From contig VRMN01000004.1 of NCBI GenBank assembly GCA_008690995.1, positions 868,001 through 932,000 on the forward strand: DNA of 64,000 bases. The letters are read 5' to 3'. Positions 12,023 through 22,647 of this stretch are shown here, piece after piece (position 1 is the first letter of the stretch; each line of letters begins with the position of its first letter). The position numbers and the translations under genes were made by a program. The notes beneath the pieces are model-generated. The model had not been told where the DNA came from and did no database searches. It worked only from the letters and a program-made list of their open reading frames with translations. This stretch comes from Porphyridium purpureum (taxonomy: Eukaryota).

Positions 12023-12775
12023 ATGGCGGGAAGAGGAAGGAACAGGATGATGAGGACAGACGTCCGGCGAAGGACAGGCACGATGTGGTGCTGGTGGACA
12101 GGCGTGATGGTGGTAGTGGCCTTGGTGGCATGGCGAGTGGACGCGAGAGCTTCGGAGGCAGCGAGTAAGCAGGATGATAAGATCAACTCTCGGGATATGA
12201 AGAAGCTGGTCTTTCGTGCGGGACAATACACGACGTCGCGGCGTGAGCCTGCGATTCCACAGCTGCGTTGCGTCGGCGGAACCGCGCAGGGCGATAAAGC
12301 CATGTATCCGAAACAAGTCACGTGCGTGAACGATCACGCAGATGAGCGCTTTGTGACGTGGACTTGTACCGCGAAGTCGCAGAACACTGACGTCTATTTC
12401 GGACAGGTTGTGGTGTCGTGCGAGGGCTACTCCTACCGGGATGACGAGTACGTGCTGGTGGGCAGCTGCGGACTCGAATACGAGCTCAACTACGTCACGA
12501 AAGATATGGAAGGCCCGAATGAGAATACCTTCAAGGGATTTTACCGCCTGCATAGCAAGCAAGTGCTGTCTGTCATGGGAGTCGTCCTCATCGCGTCCAT
12601 CACGCTGGTTGCCGCAGTGCTGGTATTGGGAACTTTCCAGACCAAGCGGCGGGAGCAGGAGCGTAGAAATGAGCGCAACATGCTGAACAGTGTTGAGGTC
12701 ATTCCTGGCGGTTCGGCGGGCTCCTCTTCTGCTTTCGGCGCGGGTCCGGTTCAAAAGACCTACGGGTCCGTGTAG
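12023..12775 (+). CDS. SARAF: SARAF/TMEM66 (DUF1183) family membrane protein
   Basis: YTTSRR.PAIPQLRCVGG, V.C.N, W.C, FGQVVVSCEGY...DDEYVL.GSCGLEYEL, then a TM helix; start codon uncertain. Confidence 0.85.
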   Translation: MAGRGRNRMMRTDVRRRTGTMWCWWTGVMVVVALVAWRVDARASEAASKQDDKINSRDMKKLVFRAGQYTTSRREPAIPQLRCVGGTAQGDKAMYPKQVTCVNDHADERFVTWTCTAKSQNTDVYFGQVVVSCEGYSYRDDEYVLVGSCGLEYELNYVTKDMEGPNENTFKGFYRLHSKQVLSVMGVVLIASITLVAAVLVLGTFQTKRREQERRNERNMLNSVEVIPGGSAGSSSAFGAGPVQKTYGSV

Positions 12776-12937
12776 GCTCAGTAGGACTTAGTGGCTGCCA
12801 CACTTTACTTTCTCACGCTTAAAGCTTAACTCGAGGTCCACTTCGTCAGAAAGATTGATTTTGGGGCCCTCAGGTATCGCAGTTTAGAATTTAGACAGTA
12901 AGATTTTTTAGTCCTTCTCTCTTCGTTCTTGTCCATC

Positions 12938-14032
12938 ATGGCGTTCATTTCGATCACCGCGCCAGATCTGTGGCCCAGGCAGAGGCGTTGCCGCCATGCG
13001 CAGACCTATGCATGCCTTACTCCTCCTAACGGCGCAGGCGAACAAGAATCGGCTCCGCGTCGCGCCTTTTTATTTGGTCTTGGGTACGTGAATCAGCACC
13101 TGATGAGGGCGCTCCATGCTGATGCGAGCTTTGCATCGGTGTTTGGCACATGCCGAGACGAGACCAAAGCACGGCAGTTGAGCGAAGCTAGTGCGGGTAC
13201 GTATACCAAGGTCTTTGTGTTTGATTCGTCGAGTCAGGAGACGCAAGCTGCGCGCGACCTCGAACTGGACGCTATTGTGCGCGACGCTGATCTCATTGTG
13301 AGTGCCGTGCCGCCGCTCCTAGATGGTCTGGACGTGGATCCAGTAATCTCGCGGTACCGAGATGCCATTTTTGATTGCGCGTGTCGGTCGCCGTCGAAGC
13401 GCAAGTGTGTGGTGTACTTGTCCAGTACATCAGTGTATGGTGATCATGACGGCGCTTGGGTTGATGAGAGCAGTGAAACCCGACCGATCAGCAGAAAGGC
13501 AAAGCGTCGCCTTGCTGCTGAAGCGATGTGGATGTCAGAAGCAGCCAAGCTTGGTTCAGCTGGATGTTCGGTCTTCATTCTGCGTTTAGCAGGCATCTAC
13601 GGCCCTGGGAGAAACATCATCGCATCAATCTTAAGTGGCAGGACGTTCGGCACTTCCGAAGGGTCTCAGGACAAGCCGGTCTCCCGCATTCACGTCGACG
13701 ATATCGTGCAGAGCGTTTTGCGCATCTCAACAGCTCCAATGAACTCTCATGACGGCAGCACTGTTGCAACGATCATCAACGTGGCAGACGACGAGCCTGC
13801 AACAACGGCCTCGGTCCGCGCGTACGCAGCGAATCTGTTGCAAAGTGCTGGTTTTGAAGTCGGAACGGACTCGAAAAGTGCGTGGACTTCAACAAGAGAC
13901 GCGACACGTGAAAGCAAGCGAGTCCTGAACTCGCGTCTCTGCTCAGACTACAGTGTGAAACTCAAGTATGCCACCTTCCGCGAAGGACTCGCGCACGTGG
14001 TGCAAAACATGCAGCGAGCCGATCCCAGCTGA
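12938..14032 (+). CDS. Atypical SDR / NAD-dependent epimerase-dehydratase (YeeZ-like), plastid-targeted
   Basis: MAF- transit peptide; FGLGYV, YLSSTSVYGDHDGAWVDE, LRLAGIYGPGR, SRIHVDDI, INVADDEP. Confidence 0.85.
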   Translation: MAFISITAPDLWPRQRRCRHAQTYACLTPPNGAGEQESAPRRAFLFGLGYVNQHLMRALHADASFASVFGTCRDETKARQLSEASAGTYTKVFVFDSSSQETQAARDLELDAIVRDADLIVSAVPPLLDGLDVDPVISRYRDAIFDCACRSPSKRKCVVYLSSTSVYGDHDGAWVDESSETRPISRKAKRRLAAEAMWMSEAAKLGSAGCSVFILRLAGIYGPGRNIIASILSGRTFGTSEGSQDKPVSRIHVDDIVQSVLRISTAPMNSHDGSTVATIINVADDEPATTASVRAYAANLLQSAGFEVGTDSKSAWTSTRDATRESKRVLNSRLCSDYSVKLKYATFREGLAHVVQNMQRADPS

Positions 14033-14344
14033 GGTACTGTGTGAAACTGTACCTGTGTCAATGGTGATTCGGATGGAAGTCATGCGTGTGCCGTGTCGGA
14101 CACGACGAATTGGATGCCAACATGATGTTCCAACTCGTGACATTTGGTTGACTTCGTTCGTGTCCGCCGACACGGATGTGAGATTTCTGCACGCCCAAGC
14201 TTTGTTGGGCGGTGACGCAATACTTTCGAGGGGGTAGTCCGTGACTTTCCAGTATTTAAGCTGGAAGGATAGCTGCGGAATCAGACGACAGGGATGCTGT
14301 CGCTTGAAGCATGCGTTTGGCCGTGTGGGAGTCTGGCGGCCGAG

Positions 14345-14345
<1 letters not shown>

Positions 14346-14375
<30 letters not shown>
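14346..14375. repeat. (GCT)10 microsatellite
   Basis: Directly visible, about 100 bp upstream of the DUF427 start. Confidence 0.95.
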
Positions 14376-14376
<1 letters not shown>

Positions 14377-14473
14377 ACTTTTCATCTCTCCCTTCGGCCG
14401 TCTCGCTGTGTTGCGCGCTGACTACTGAGGTTAGGAGCCAGCTGCTGGAAACTGAACATCAAGGGCAGCAACC

Positions 14474-14956
14474 ATGGCCAGATTATTTTCTGCAAAGAGA
14501 AAAATGGCAATGCGTGCCGAATGGAACGAGGTTATTCTGGCCGAGTCGCGCGAATGTATCCACTACAATGGGATTGTCTATTTCCCGGGCGACTCACTGA
14601 AAATGGAATGCTTCCGAGCGAGCGACTTTTTCGAAACAGTGCCAAAGTTGGGAAAGCGACAGTACTACCACCTTGAAGTGAACGGCAAGCTTCACACAAA
14701 CGCAGCATTCTACCACGCTGCGCCGATTGCCAAGGACGCGAAGAAAGTGCAGTGCTATGTTGGGTTTTGGAAGGGAGTTCCTGTGACGCCGTTAGACAGC
14801 AGCGCCGAAGGCGCATTGTTTGACTTGGTACTTGAAAGCAGTGATGACGGCGTTCGCTCGCCGAGAATCATGCGAACCAAAGGCAGCGCGCGCCTCATCT
14901 TCGACTTTGATAGCGAAGACTCCGTGCCCTCGCCAACTTTAAACGTGGCAGGTTAA
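14474..14956 (+). CDS. DUF427-like protein
   Basis: AEWNEVILAES, G..YFP.DSL, K.G...YY.L.VNGK...NAA..Y, YVGFWKGV. Confidence 0.75.
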   Translation: MARLFSAKRKMAMRAEWNEVILAESRECIHYNGIVYFPGDSLKMECFRASDFFETVPKLGKRQYYHLEVNGKLHTNAAFYHAAPIAKDAKKVQCYVGFWKGVPVTPLDSSAEGALFDLVLESSDDGVRSPRIMRTKGSARLIFDFDSEDSVPSPTLNVAG

Positions 14957-15248
14957 ACATCACCAGTTAATTAAAACGTAACCCTATACATAACTGAGCA
15001 CTCGAGTTAGACCAAGGGTTTGCGTTTAGAGGTGCACGTCCTATCAACTGAACACCCTCGAGACGCCGTCGTTGAGTTTATGTTAAATTAGCGCGCTTTC
15101 ATACAAGACATTCAGGGTTTTCATTTTCTTGTCTCGTTCCTTTGGTGACGGCGCGCGGGAAGGAGTTAAAGACGAAAGCGTGGATGAAGGGGAGAAGAAC
15201 AAAGGTCGTGCAAAGTTGTTGGTGCGGAACACGCTAGAAAACATCACC

Positions 15249-15581
15249 ATGAAGTACGTAGCCGCGTATCTGTTGTGCGCGCTCGGCGGTAAGGCGTCAC
15301 CCTCAGCGGAGGATGTGTCCGCGGTGCTCAAGTCCGTCGGTGCGGACGTGGACAAGGAGGCGCTCGACAGACTAATTACGCAGATGGAGGGCAAGAGCGT
15401 CGAGGCGGCGCTCGCGGAAGGGTCGTCAAAGTTCGCGGCAGTGCCATCGGGAGGCGGAGCGGCGCCAGCTGGAGGCGCAGCAGCAGCGCCTGCTGCTGCG
15501 GCAGAAGCCCCGGCCGCCGCGGCAGCGCCAGCTGTCGAAGAAGAAGAAGAGGAAGCGGCCGACTTTGATCTGTTCGATTAA
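15249..15581 (+). CDS. RPLP2: 60S acidic ribosomal protein P2
   Basis: MKYVAAYLL..LGG..SPSA.DV..VL.SVG, Ala-rich hinge, EEEEEEAADFDLFD end. Confidence 0.97.
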   Translation: MKYVAAYLLCALGGKASPSAEDVSAVLKSVGADVDKEALDRLITQMEGKSVEAALAEGSSKFAAVPSGGGAAPAGGAAAAPAAAAEAPAAAAAPAVEEEEEEAADFDLFD

Positions 15582-15816
15582 AACATGTCCTTTTTCAGGT
15601 TGCAAGTTCGGACGAAAGTCTTTTTTGTTAACAATCCTGCGGAGTGCAAGTGCCAAGGAGCTGCGAGATTTGGATCTTAGCCGCAATCCGCGATTCGATA
15701 ATGCGAGGGCGACGCAAACGTGCGGAAAAGGGTTGAAGCGTGAATCCTACAAACCTTGTTGGAGTGTCGCGTACAATGCTCGAGGCTTGCGCTCGTGCGG
15801 CGGCTTCTCCTTGCGT

Positions 15817-16392
15817 TCAAATGCTCGGTAGAATCGACTTGGCCTGCACACCAGCACAGTAGTACACCAGCTTTTGCAGCGCGTCGGCAAGCGCCGTTTC
15901 CGCCTCTGCCTGAGCACCTGCGGCCGACGCTTGACGTGCCTGGGTGATTGCGTCCACGATCAGCCCATTGAGTTGCTTGAGCCGATAAGTGCGTTCCGAA
16001 ATCGCACTGTCCGAGTAAATCCCGGGCAAAATGTCCATGCCCTTTTGTGCCCGCACCACGACTTTGCCTTCGAGGATTTGAGCCGCGTCCGCTGTCTTGC
16101 CCTGCTTCAGCAGCTCGCGCGCTTCCAGAAGCGCATCACGCAACGCCTCGATGCGTGGCAAGTACCGATCGCGTGCCTCACGGACCTGCGCAGGATTTCG
16201 ATCTGCTCGTGCAGCCTGCGGAGCCGTCAAGGCCAATGCAGCGACCATCATGCCACTCAAGAGGTCGCGTCTTGTGGTTGAACGAGCCTCCAATCCGGGC
16301 CCAGATCCAGATCCGCTCTGGCACATCCTCACCATGCAGGGAGACCTTGTGGCAACGCCCGCCGGCCTGACCGGCAATCCAGCAAACGCCAT
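15817..16392 (-). CDS. Thylakoid-lumen protein with bipartite Tat targeting signal (possibly PsbQ-like helical bundle)
   Basis: MAF- transit peptide, RRDLL twin-arginine motif, hydrophobic stretch, A-x-A cleavage site (AARA), helical mature part. Confidence 0.7.
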   Translation of the reverse strand: MAFAGLPVRPAGVATRSPCMVRMCQSGSGSGPGLEARSTTRRDLLSGMMVAALALTAPQAARADRNPAQVREARDRYLPRIEALRDALLEARELLKQGKTADAAQILEGKVVVRAQKGMDILPGIYSDSAISERTYRLKQLNGLIVDAITQARQASAAGAQAEAETALADALQKLVYYCAGVQAKSILPSI

Positions 16393-16673
16393 ACCAATAC
16401 ACGGACGGAAACCTGACCGATCGAGGAGAGAAAGAAGGCCTTGTCACGCTTGGCAGAGGTTTCCGCGAAACTGTGTTCAATCAATGGACTCAAAAATGCA
16501 GATGGCACGCACAGATGGTTATCGTTGGCGACAGACTTGCGGTCTGCCTTGATGCACGCCCTCCACCCAATCTCGCATGGAGATTTTGGCGATGCAATGT
16601 CGCATGATAATGCAATGCAGCATTCCAGTGAAATGAATAAAGTACAGTTTATCAGCTGTACTTGGTCTGAGGG

Positions 16674-19600
16674 TTAGAACCCGCTGAGCTCGGTGAAGTC
16701 CATGATGTGCTTCGACAGCAGGCTGATGTTGGCACACAGCTGGAGCCGGTTCTGTCTCAGCGCCTCGTCTTCTGCCATCACAAACACTTGCTCGAAGAAC
16801 GCATCTAGTTCCGGCTTCATTTCATGCAACAGCGCGATGAGCGTCGGGACAGTGGCGCCGCCGTCCTCGGCGACTTTTCCGCTCGCTCGCTTGTACATCG
16901 CAAACAAAGCAGCCTCCACTTCGTTTTCCATCAGCGCCTCGTCAATAGGTCCTGGCACTCCTCGCTCCAGCAGGTCCGCAGCCTTTGATTTTGCAAGGCG
17001 ACACGGTCGACCATACGCTTCGAGCGCGCTCGCAAACCGTTCCGAGTCGGCGCACTGACTGAGCTCTTCCAAACGCACGCAGGCGCGGTACGGATTGGCA
17101 CCATTTTCAGCAAGAACTGCGCGCACAAGATCGTACCGCTCACCAGACTCAATGAGCCACACTTCTTGGCGTCGAGACACGAATGCCACAAGCGCGGCCA
17201 TGTCGCTCTCCTTAACGTCGATCGGCTGGAGCGACGCAGTCTGCATAAACGCCGAGCGCAAGTCGAGCTCCAATTTCGAAGATACCAGGATTTGAATAAG
17301 GCCCATGGCAGTGCGACGCAGACCAAAAGGATCCGCGTTTGCCTTGGGTGCCAGCCCCACACCGAACAGGCCGACCAAGGAATCGACACGGTCCGCGAGG
17401 GCTACTAGGGCACCTGCAGAAGTGCTTGGAACTGCATCACCTGCCTGTCGCGGGAGTACGCTTTCAAACACAGCCTTGGCACACGCCTCAGACCTGCCTT
17501 CTTTAAGCGCGTAGTGCTCGCCCATCTGGCCCGCAAGGTCTGTGAATTCCACCACCAGTTGCGTGGCCAAATCAGCCTTGCAAATGGACGCCGCCTCACG
17601 CGCGGTCTCTAGATCTGTGGCTGAATACCCCAACTCTTTTCCAAGCAAGGGGACAAGCCTTTCCACGCGCCGCGTTTTGTCTAGCATGCTACCCAACTGT
17701 TCTTGGAACGTGATGCTACTCAGAGAAGGAAGAAATTCGTCTAAGGTACGCTCACAGTCGTTATCGTAGAAAAACACTGCATCTTCAAAGCGCGCGCGAA
17801 TGACAGATTCGTTGCCACCACGCACCACACTTGGATTCACTTTGCCGTTCGCCACGGTCAAAAACACATTCTTGAGTGTGCCTGATCCGTTCTTTTCCAA
17901 AATGGGAAAGTATCGCTGATGCTTCTTCATTACCGTGACAAGCACTTCACGGGGCAGCCGCAGGAATGAATCATCAAAGCTCCCTACAATGACAGACGGG
18001 GCTTCCACAAGGTTCGTCACCTCAAATAAGAGCGAACTCTCATCTTCTTCGAGCCACGCGTCCGGAATCACGCCGTCATGAAGCGCGGCCGCGTCTTTCA
18101 AGGCCTTTCGGACGAAGGACATTCGTTCCACAGCGTTTCCAATGATAAACTGGTCTTTCAGGAGTTGGAGGTAAGCCGATGCACTGTCCACCTCAAACCG
18201 CTCCGCCGGCCCGCCACCGGGCCAGCGTGTATTTCTGAGCCCAAAAGACTGGCGACCGCTCGTCACATCCGCGAATTTGAAAGGCACAATTTGCTCGCCA
18301 AACACAGCGCACAGCCAGCGAATCGGACGCGAGAACTGAACACCGGAGAAATTCCACTTCATGGCGCGCGTGAAGGAGATTTTGCCCAAAACCGAAGGCA
18401 ACAGTGTCTGCAAAATCTCGCCCGTGGGTAAGCCGTCATCCTTGACTTGGACGTACAAGTAGTCATCGTCGCGCAGCACTGCCTGCTCAATGCCTACGCC
18501 GTTTGAACGGCAAAAGCCTAGCGCGGCCTTTGTTGGGTTACCTTCCGCGTCGTACGCCGCCTTCTTTGGCGGACCGCGCACGTCGCGCGTTTGGTCGCTT
18601 TGCTTTTCCTCGAGTGCCTGCACGAGTGCGTACACTCGTCGGGGAGTGCCTGAGACCTCAATGTCCTCAAAATGCAGACGGCTCTCCTCTAGCGCAACAG
18701 CAAGATTGGATTTGAGTTCCTCGCACGCCACCGCCACGTCCGCGGCGGGAAGCTCTTCCACGCCAATTTCCAGGACAAAATGACGTGTGCGTCCCTCGAC
18801 CGCCTGCTTCCACTGGGTTGGCACCGATGGGGATGCAGCGGTTTTCAACGAGTCTTCATAGGCCTTGGGTGCGTTTCCCAGTGGAAACTCGAGCTCAGTA
18901 CGACGGTCGACCCACAGCACCGCAACTTCGCGTGCGAGCGCACGCATCTGCTTAAAGTAGCGCGCGCGCTCCGTCACACCAATGGCGCCACGCGCGTCCA
19001 AAATGTTGAATGTGTGGCTTGTCTTTAGCACATAATTATACGCCGGTATCGGCAGGCGCGCCTCGATCATTTTCTTCGCTTCACCCGCGTACGCATCGAA
19101 CAAACTTCGGTTGGTGTCAATATCGGCCTCGTCCAAATTATATTTGCTCATCTCGATCTCGTTTTCCATGAAAATTTCGCCGTACGTGATGCCGGGCGCG
19201 TACACGATATCCTTAAAATGTCGCTTCCCCTGGAGCGCCATGATGATGCGTTCGAGGCCGTACGTGATCTCGACCGGAATCGCAGACATGGAGAAACCGC
19301 CTGCTTGCTGGAAGTATGTGAACTGGGTAACTTCCATGCCATCCATCCACACCTCCCAGCCGAGTCCCCACGCGCCCAGCGCGGGTGACTCCCAATTGTC
19401 CTCGACAAAGCGGAAATCGTGCGCGCTGGTGTCGATCCCCAGTGCGCGATACGAACCAAGCAGCAACTCTTGCACATTATCGGGCGAAGGCTTGAGAATG
19501 ACCTGAAATTGAGTATGACGTTGCACGCGATTTGGATTTTCGCCGTATCTCGAGTCATCCGGGCGGACCGACGGCTCATCGTATGCGACGAACCATGGCT

Positions 19601-19979
19601 CTGGGCCTAGCACACGCAAATAAGTAGCCGGATTCATTGTGCCTGCGCCCACCTCGGTATTGTACGGCTGCCAGATCAAGCAATTCTGCTCAGCCCAGTA
19701 CCTTTGCAGCCGCAGGATTGCGTCCTGAAATGTGACGACCTCGTCCACCGTCTCGACGCTCGGCGTCGCCGGTGCCACGCTGGGCGCTGACTCTGCATGC
19801 TCGACGCTCATCATCCTCAACGCGCATCCACGCATCGCACGCACGTTTGCTCTACCCGCATCGCAGCACACACGCGTCGGCCCCACGCGCGATGCAGACG
19901 CAGCCGACGACACAAACAGCGGCCGCATGGCCGCGAAGCACAGGAGGTGTTGCTTGTGATGCTCATACCGTAACGCCAT
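16674..19979 (-). CDS. glyQS: Organellar glycyl-tRNA synthetase, fused alpha-beta (bacterial type)
   Basis: Alpha motifs [37 protein letters not shown]; beta motifs [24 protein letters not shown]; frame open to 20135, true start uncertain. Confidence 0.95.
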   Translation of the reverse strand: MALRYEHHKQHLLCFAAMRPLFVSSAASASRVGPTRVCCDAGRANVRAMRGCALRMMSVEHAESAPSVAPATPSVETVDEVVTFQDAILRLQRYWAEQNCLIWQPYNTEVGAGTMNPATYLRVLGPEPWFVAYDEPSVRPDDSRYGENPNRVQRHTQFQVILKPSPDNVQELLLGSYRALGIDTSAHDFRFVEDNWESPALGAWGLGWEVWMDGMEVTQFTYFQQAGGFSMSAIPVEITYGLERIIMALQGKRHFKDIVYAPGITYGEIFMENEIEMSKYNLDEADIDTNRSLFDAYAGEAKKMIEARLPIPAYNYVLKTSHTFNILDARGAIGVTERARYFKQMRALAREVAVLWVDRRTELEFPLGNAPKAYEDSLKTAASPSVPTQWKQAVEGRTRHFVLEIGVEELPAADVAVACEELKSNLAVALEESRLHFEDIEVSGTPRRVYALVQALEEKQSDQTRDVRGPPKKAAYDAEGNPTKAALGFCRSNGVGIEQAVLRDDDYLYVQVKDDGLPTGEILQTLLPSVLGKISFTRAMKWNFSGVQFSRPIRWLCAVFGEQIVPFKFADVTSGRQSFGLRNTRWPGGGPAERFEVDSASAYLQLLKDQFIIGNAVERMSFVRKALKDAAALHDGVIPDAWLEEDESSLLFEVTNLVEAPSVIVGSFDDSFLRLPREVLVTVMKKHQRYFPILEKNGSGTLKNVFLTVANGKVNPSVVRGGNESVIRARFEDAVFFYDNDCERTLDEFLPSLSSITFQEQLGSMLDKTRRVERLVPLLGKELGYSATDLETAREAASICKADLATQLVVEFTDLAGQMGEHYALKEGRSEACAKAVFESVLPRQAGDAVPSTSAGALVALADRVDSLVGLFGVGLAPKANADPFGLRRTAMGLIQILVSSKLELDLRSAFMQTASLQPIDVKESDMAALVAFVSRRQEVWLIESGERYDLVRAVLAENGANPYRACVRLEELSQCADSERFASALEAYGRPCRLAKSKAADLLERGVPGPIDEALMENEVEAALFAMYKRASGKVAEDGGATVPTLIALLHEMKPELDAFFEQVFVMAEDEALRQNRLQLCANISLLSKHIMDFTELSGF

Positions 19980-20197
19980 CTTCAGCTCGCGCGCGCCACA
20001 GCGCTGTGCACCACGCCACGATCTCAGTGCCCCGCCTTCGGCTCTCCGGCGTTCCACACCCGCTTCCAGCAGCGTTTCCGTCTCTTCCTTCCCTCTGTCT
20101 CTCTCTCTCCTCTCTCTCCATCCACCGTCCATCACATACCATCCGGCAGCTCAACTCAATTGTCCCGCAACGCGCCGACGAGATCGAGGGAAACCGG

Positions 20198-20349
20198 CAC
20201 TGTACCTCTGTCCACTGCGCCCCAAAATGAACTGTACCTTATGACTTTACGTAAACGCGCGTTCACTGTACCTTATGCGTTTGCTACAGGGTTTTCACTG
20301 TACTTCGACAATGCACGTCGCTGTACTCCGTCTGGAGTGGTGTACTGTA
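20198..20349 (+). promoter_or_regulatory. Cluster of CTGTAC motifs in the divergent GlyRS/RsmD intergenic region
   Basis: CTGTAC at 20200, 20232, 20266, 20298, 20321 plus TGTACTGTA at 20341; ACTGTACCTTATG occurs twice. Confidence 0.45.
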
Positions 20350-20984
20350 AACGAGCGATCCACAATGACCCATCGACGGAAGGACGGAAGGGCAGACGAT
20401 GGACTCTGCGCTTGGAAAGCAGTGAGACAAAGACGAAGACGAAGACGACGATCAGGTGGGTTGTATGAAAATCGTGCCGTGCCGCGCCGTGGCGATGTGA
20501 GCCGCTATCTAAAAGCAACTCGGCATCTCGCACCAATGCGAAACGTCGACCGTTTCCAACTGGCCCTGCCGAGCATTCACAATCGACGGCCGACCGAAAT
20601 GGCGTCGCTCGGCGTCGAGCGAACACCATGTGCGGGTTCCGCATGTGTGGCAGTGCGCACATGGCTTGCAGGCTCCGGCCGCTGACCGACAGGGGGCAGC
20701 CAATCGGCACAGGCTTCTCATCGGGAACCAGATGTGCCGATGAACCGGTAAGCCGATACGCCGTTTGGGAATGTCGTTCACATCGTGCCGACGGCGGGAC
20801 GCAGGCGGGGTGGGAACGCGAAAGTGTCGCGGGAGAACGGCGAAGCAGGGGGAGACAGCGGCGTGGTGAGGAGAAGTGCTGGAGTGACGAGTGGCGGGTG
20901 GACGCCGCAGCGCGAAGAGACGTGCTGCCGCGAATACAAGCTGGACAGGGCGTGTCTGAATGCGGATAGAGAAGGGTTGGACGG

Positions 20985-21923
20985 ATGGAAGGGCTGCGAG
21001 AAATGATGGCATTCGTGACAGGCTGGGCAGATGTGCGCACTTGCAAACCGCGCGGGAGTGGCGCGGTGTGCGGGAATGGAGGAGGGAGCAGGACGGTGGC
21101 GGTGCTGGAGATGAAGCAGCTCGGGTCGCGGCGCAGTCGGCGGCAGGATGGGCGCGGCGCGGATGTGGACCGCGTGGAGAGAGCAGACGAGGACTTTCGA
21201 TTGGGCCGCGTCAAGGCGCCACGCCGCGGCGTGGTGGGCGCCAAGCGAGCTAATACACGCGAGCAAGGTAGGCTCTTGCGCGGGGTCCCGGAGAAGAAGC
21301 TCAATGTGCTGCGTGTGTTTGGCGGCACGGCTAAAGGCCGGAAAATCATGTCGCCCGAGGTCTACCATCGGCCCATGATGGGCAAGGTGCGAGAGGCGCT
21401 CTTTTCTATATTGTACGACTTTGATGTGCTGCGACCAGAATGTTCGGCTTTGGATCTATACTCGGGAAGCGGCTCCGTATGCATTGAGGCCCTGTCGAGA
21501 GGAACTGGTTTTGCGCATTTTGTTGACTTTAGCGAATCGTCCTGTTCTGCTATTGCGGAGAACTTGGAGCGCTGCCAATTTGCAGAGCGTGGCGTAGCAA
21601 TTTGCGCGAAAGTGGAGGACGTTCTACAACGGCCGCGCGAGTTTGGAATTGAGCGACACGCGGACTTGATCACCGTGACGCCTCCGTATGAAGAAGTGGA
21701 CTACGGAGAGCTGCTGGTCGCACTCGCCAAGTCAGATTGTGTCGGCGAAGGCTCGTTTGTGGTGGTTGAGTATCCGATAGAGCTAGGTTCCTTGCCGCCA
21801 GTAGTCATGGATCGGCTCATCGGGATGCGCAACCGGAAATACGGCAGGACCGTGCTGGCTATCTATGCGTGCCAACCGCCCGTTGACATGGAACCGCGGC
21901 AAGATGAATTTATTCCGTTTTGA
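20985..21923 (+). CDS. rsmD: RsmD-like 16S rRNA (G966) methyltransferase, organellar
   Basis: LRVFGGTAKGRKI, RPMMGKVREALFSIL, LDLYSGSGSV.IEALSRG, VTPPY, RKYGRT. Confidence 0.9.
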   Translation: MEGLREMMAFVTGWADVRTCKPRGSGAVCGNGGGSRTVAVLEMKQLGSRRSRRQDGRGADVDRVERADEDFRLGRVKAPRRGVVGAKRANTREQGRLLRGVPEKKLNVLRVFGGTAKGRKIMSPEVYHRPMMGKVREALFSILYDFDVLRPECSALDLYSGSGSVCIEALSRGTGFAHFVDFSESSCSAIAENLERCQFAERGVAICAKVEDVLQRPREFGIERHADLITVTPPYEEVDYGELLVALAKSDCVGEGSFVVVEYPIELGSLPPVVMDRLIGMRNRKYGRTVLAIYACQPPVDMEPRQDEFIPF

Positions 21924-22015
21924 AAGACGTGAAGACTCAGTGCAATACTCGGACTCTGGGCGTGTGCCCCTTATTATGAAAATGACAGGCGACCCAATCG
22001 CTTCATTCAAGGATT

Positions 22016-22423
22016 TCAGTTGACGGGCGTGTACGGCTTGGCATTCTCCTCGAGGAACAGGAGGCGAGCCAACGCGCCGAGGAAGCCAATGTTCCCGGTC
22101 AAAAGTGTGAGCACGCCCCAGAAAGGTAAATTCATGTCCACCTTTTTCGCGCGCGGCATCATGAGCGTCCAGCCCACCGCAACGGAAAGCAGCAAATCCA
22201 TCCAGATTTGGACGCCCCATAGGTCGCGCGTATGATCGATCCAAAATCCCATTGGACCCTCCTTGACAACCGTCAAGATCGAGTATCCCAGAAACCCAGC
22301 GCTGGCCACTGCCGGTGCGACCCAACTCTTTTTCACGGGTTTATCCGACACGGCTGTAAATGCCATGTACGCCGCGAGCGCACCACCCGCCACCAGCGGA
22401 GCGACTTTGCAGAATGTTTGCAT
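22016..22423 (-). CDS. Small 4-TM membrane protein of bacterial appearance (DUF2834-like, tentative)
   Basis: 135 aa, four hydrophobic segments, WGVQIWMDLL and LLTGNIG.L motifs. Confidence 0.65.
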   Translation of the reverse strand: MQTFCKVAPLVAGGALAAYMAFTAVSDKPVKKSWVAPAVASAGFLGYSILTVVKEGPMGFWIDHTRDLWGVQIWMDLLLSVAVGWTLMMPRAKKVDMNLPFWGVLTLLTGNIGFLGALARLLFLEENAKPYTPVN

Positions 22424-22647
22424 GGTTGCGAACCGTTTAGAGCACTTTCAATTCCTCACCCACTTGACCCGGCGACGGCCGTTGCACCTGATCGTTCTGT
22501 TGGCCTCACACTTCGTGGCAAACGTCTTGCTCTCGGAACGACGCCATTGGCACAGAGGTCGAACCTAACGGCCGAGGAGCAGGAGCTCCGGTTTCACGTC
22601 CGTGACCGTCGAGGAAGAAGGGAACAGATCAACTGCATGGGTGGGAG

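Noticed and set aside
11858..12754. 298-aa minus-strand ORF
   Set aside because: Antisense shadow of SARAF
20273..21349. 358-aa minus-strand ORF
   Set aside because: Largely antisense to RsmD and its leader; Arg/Pro/Ser-rich shadow frame with no motif
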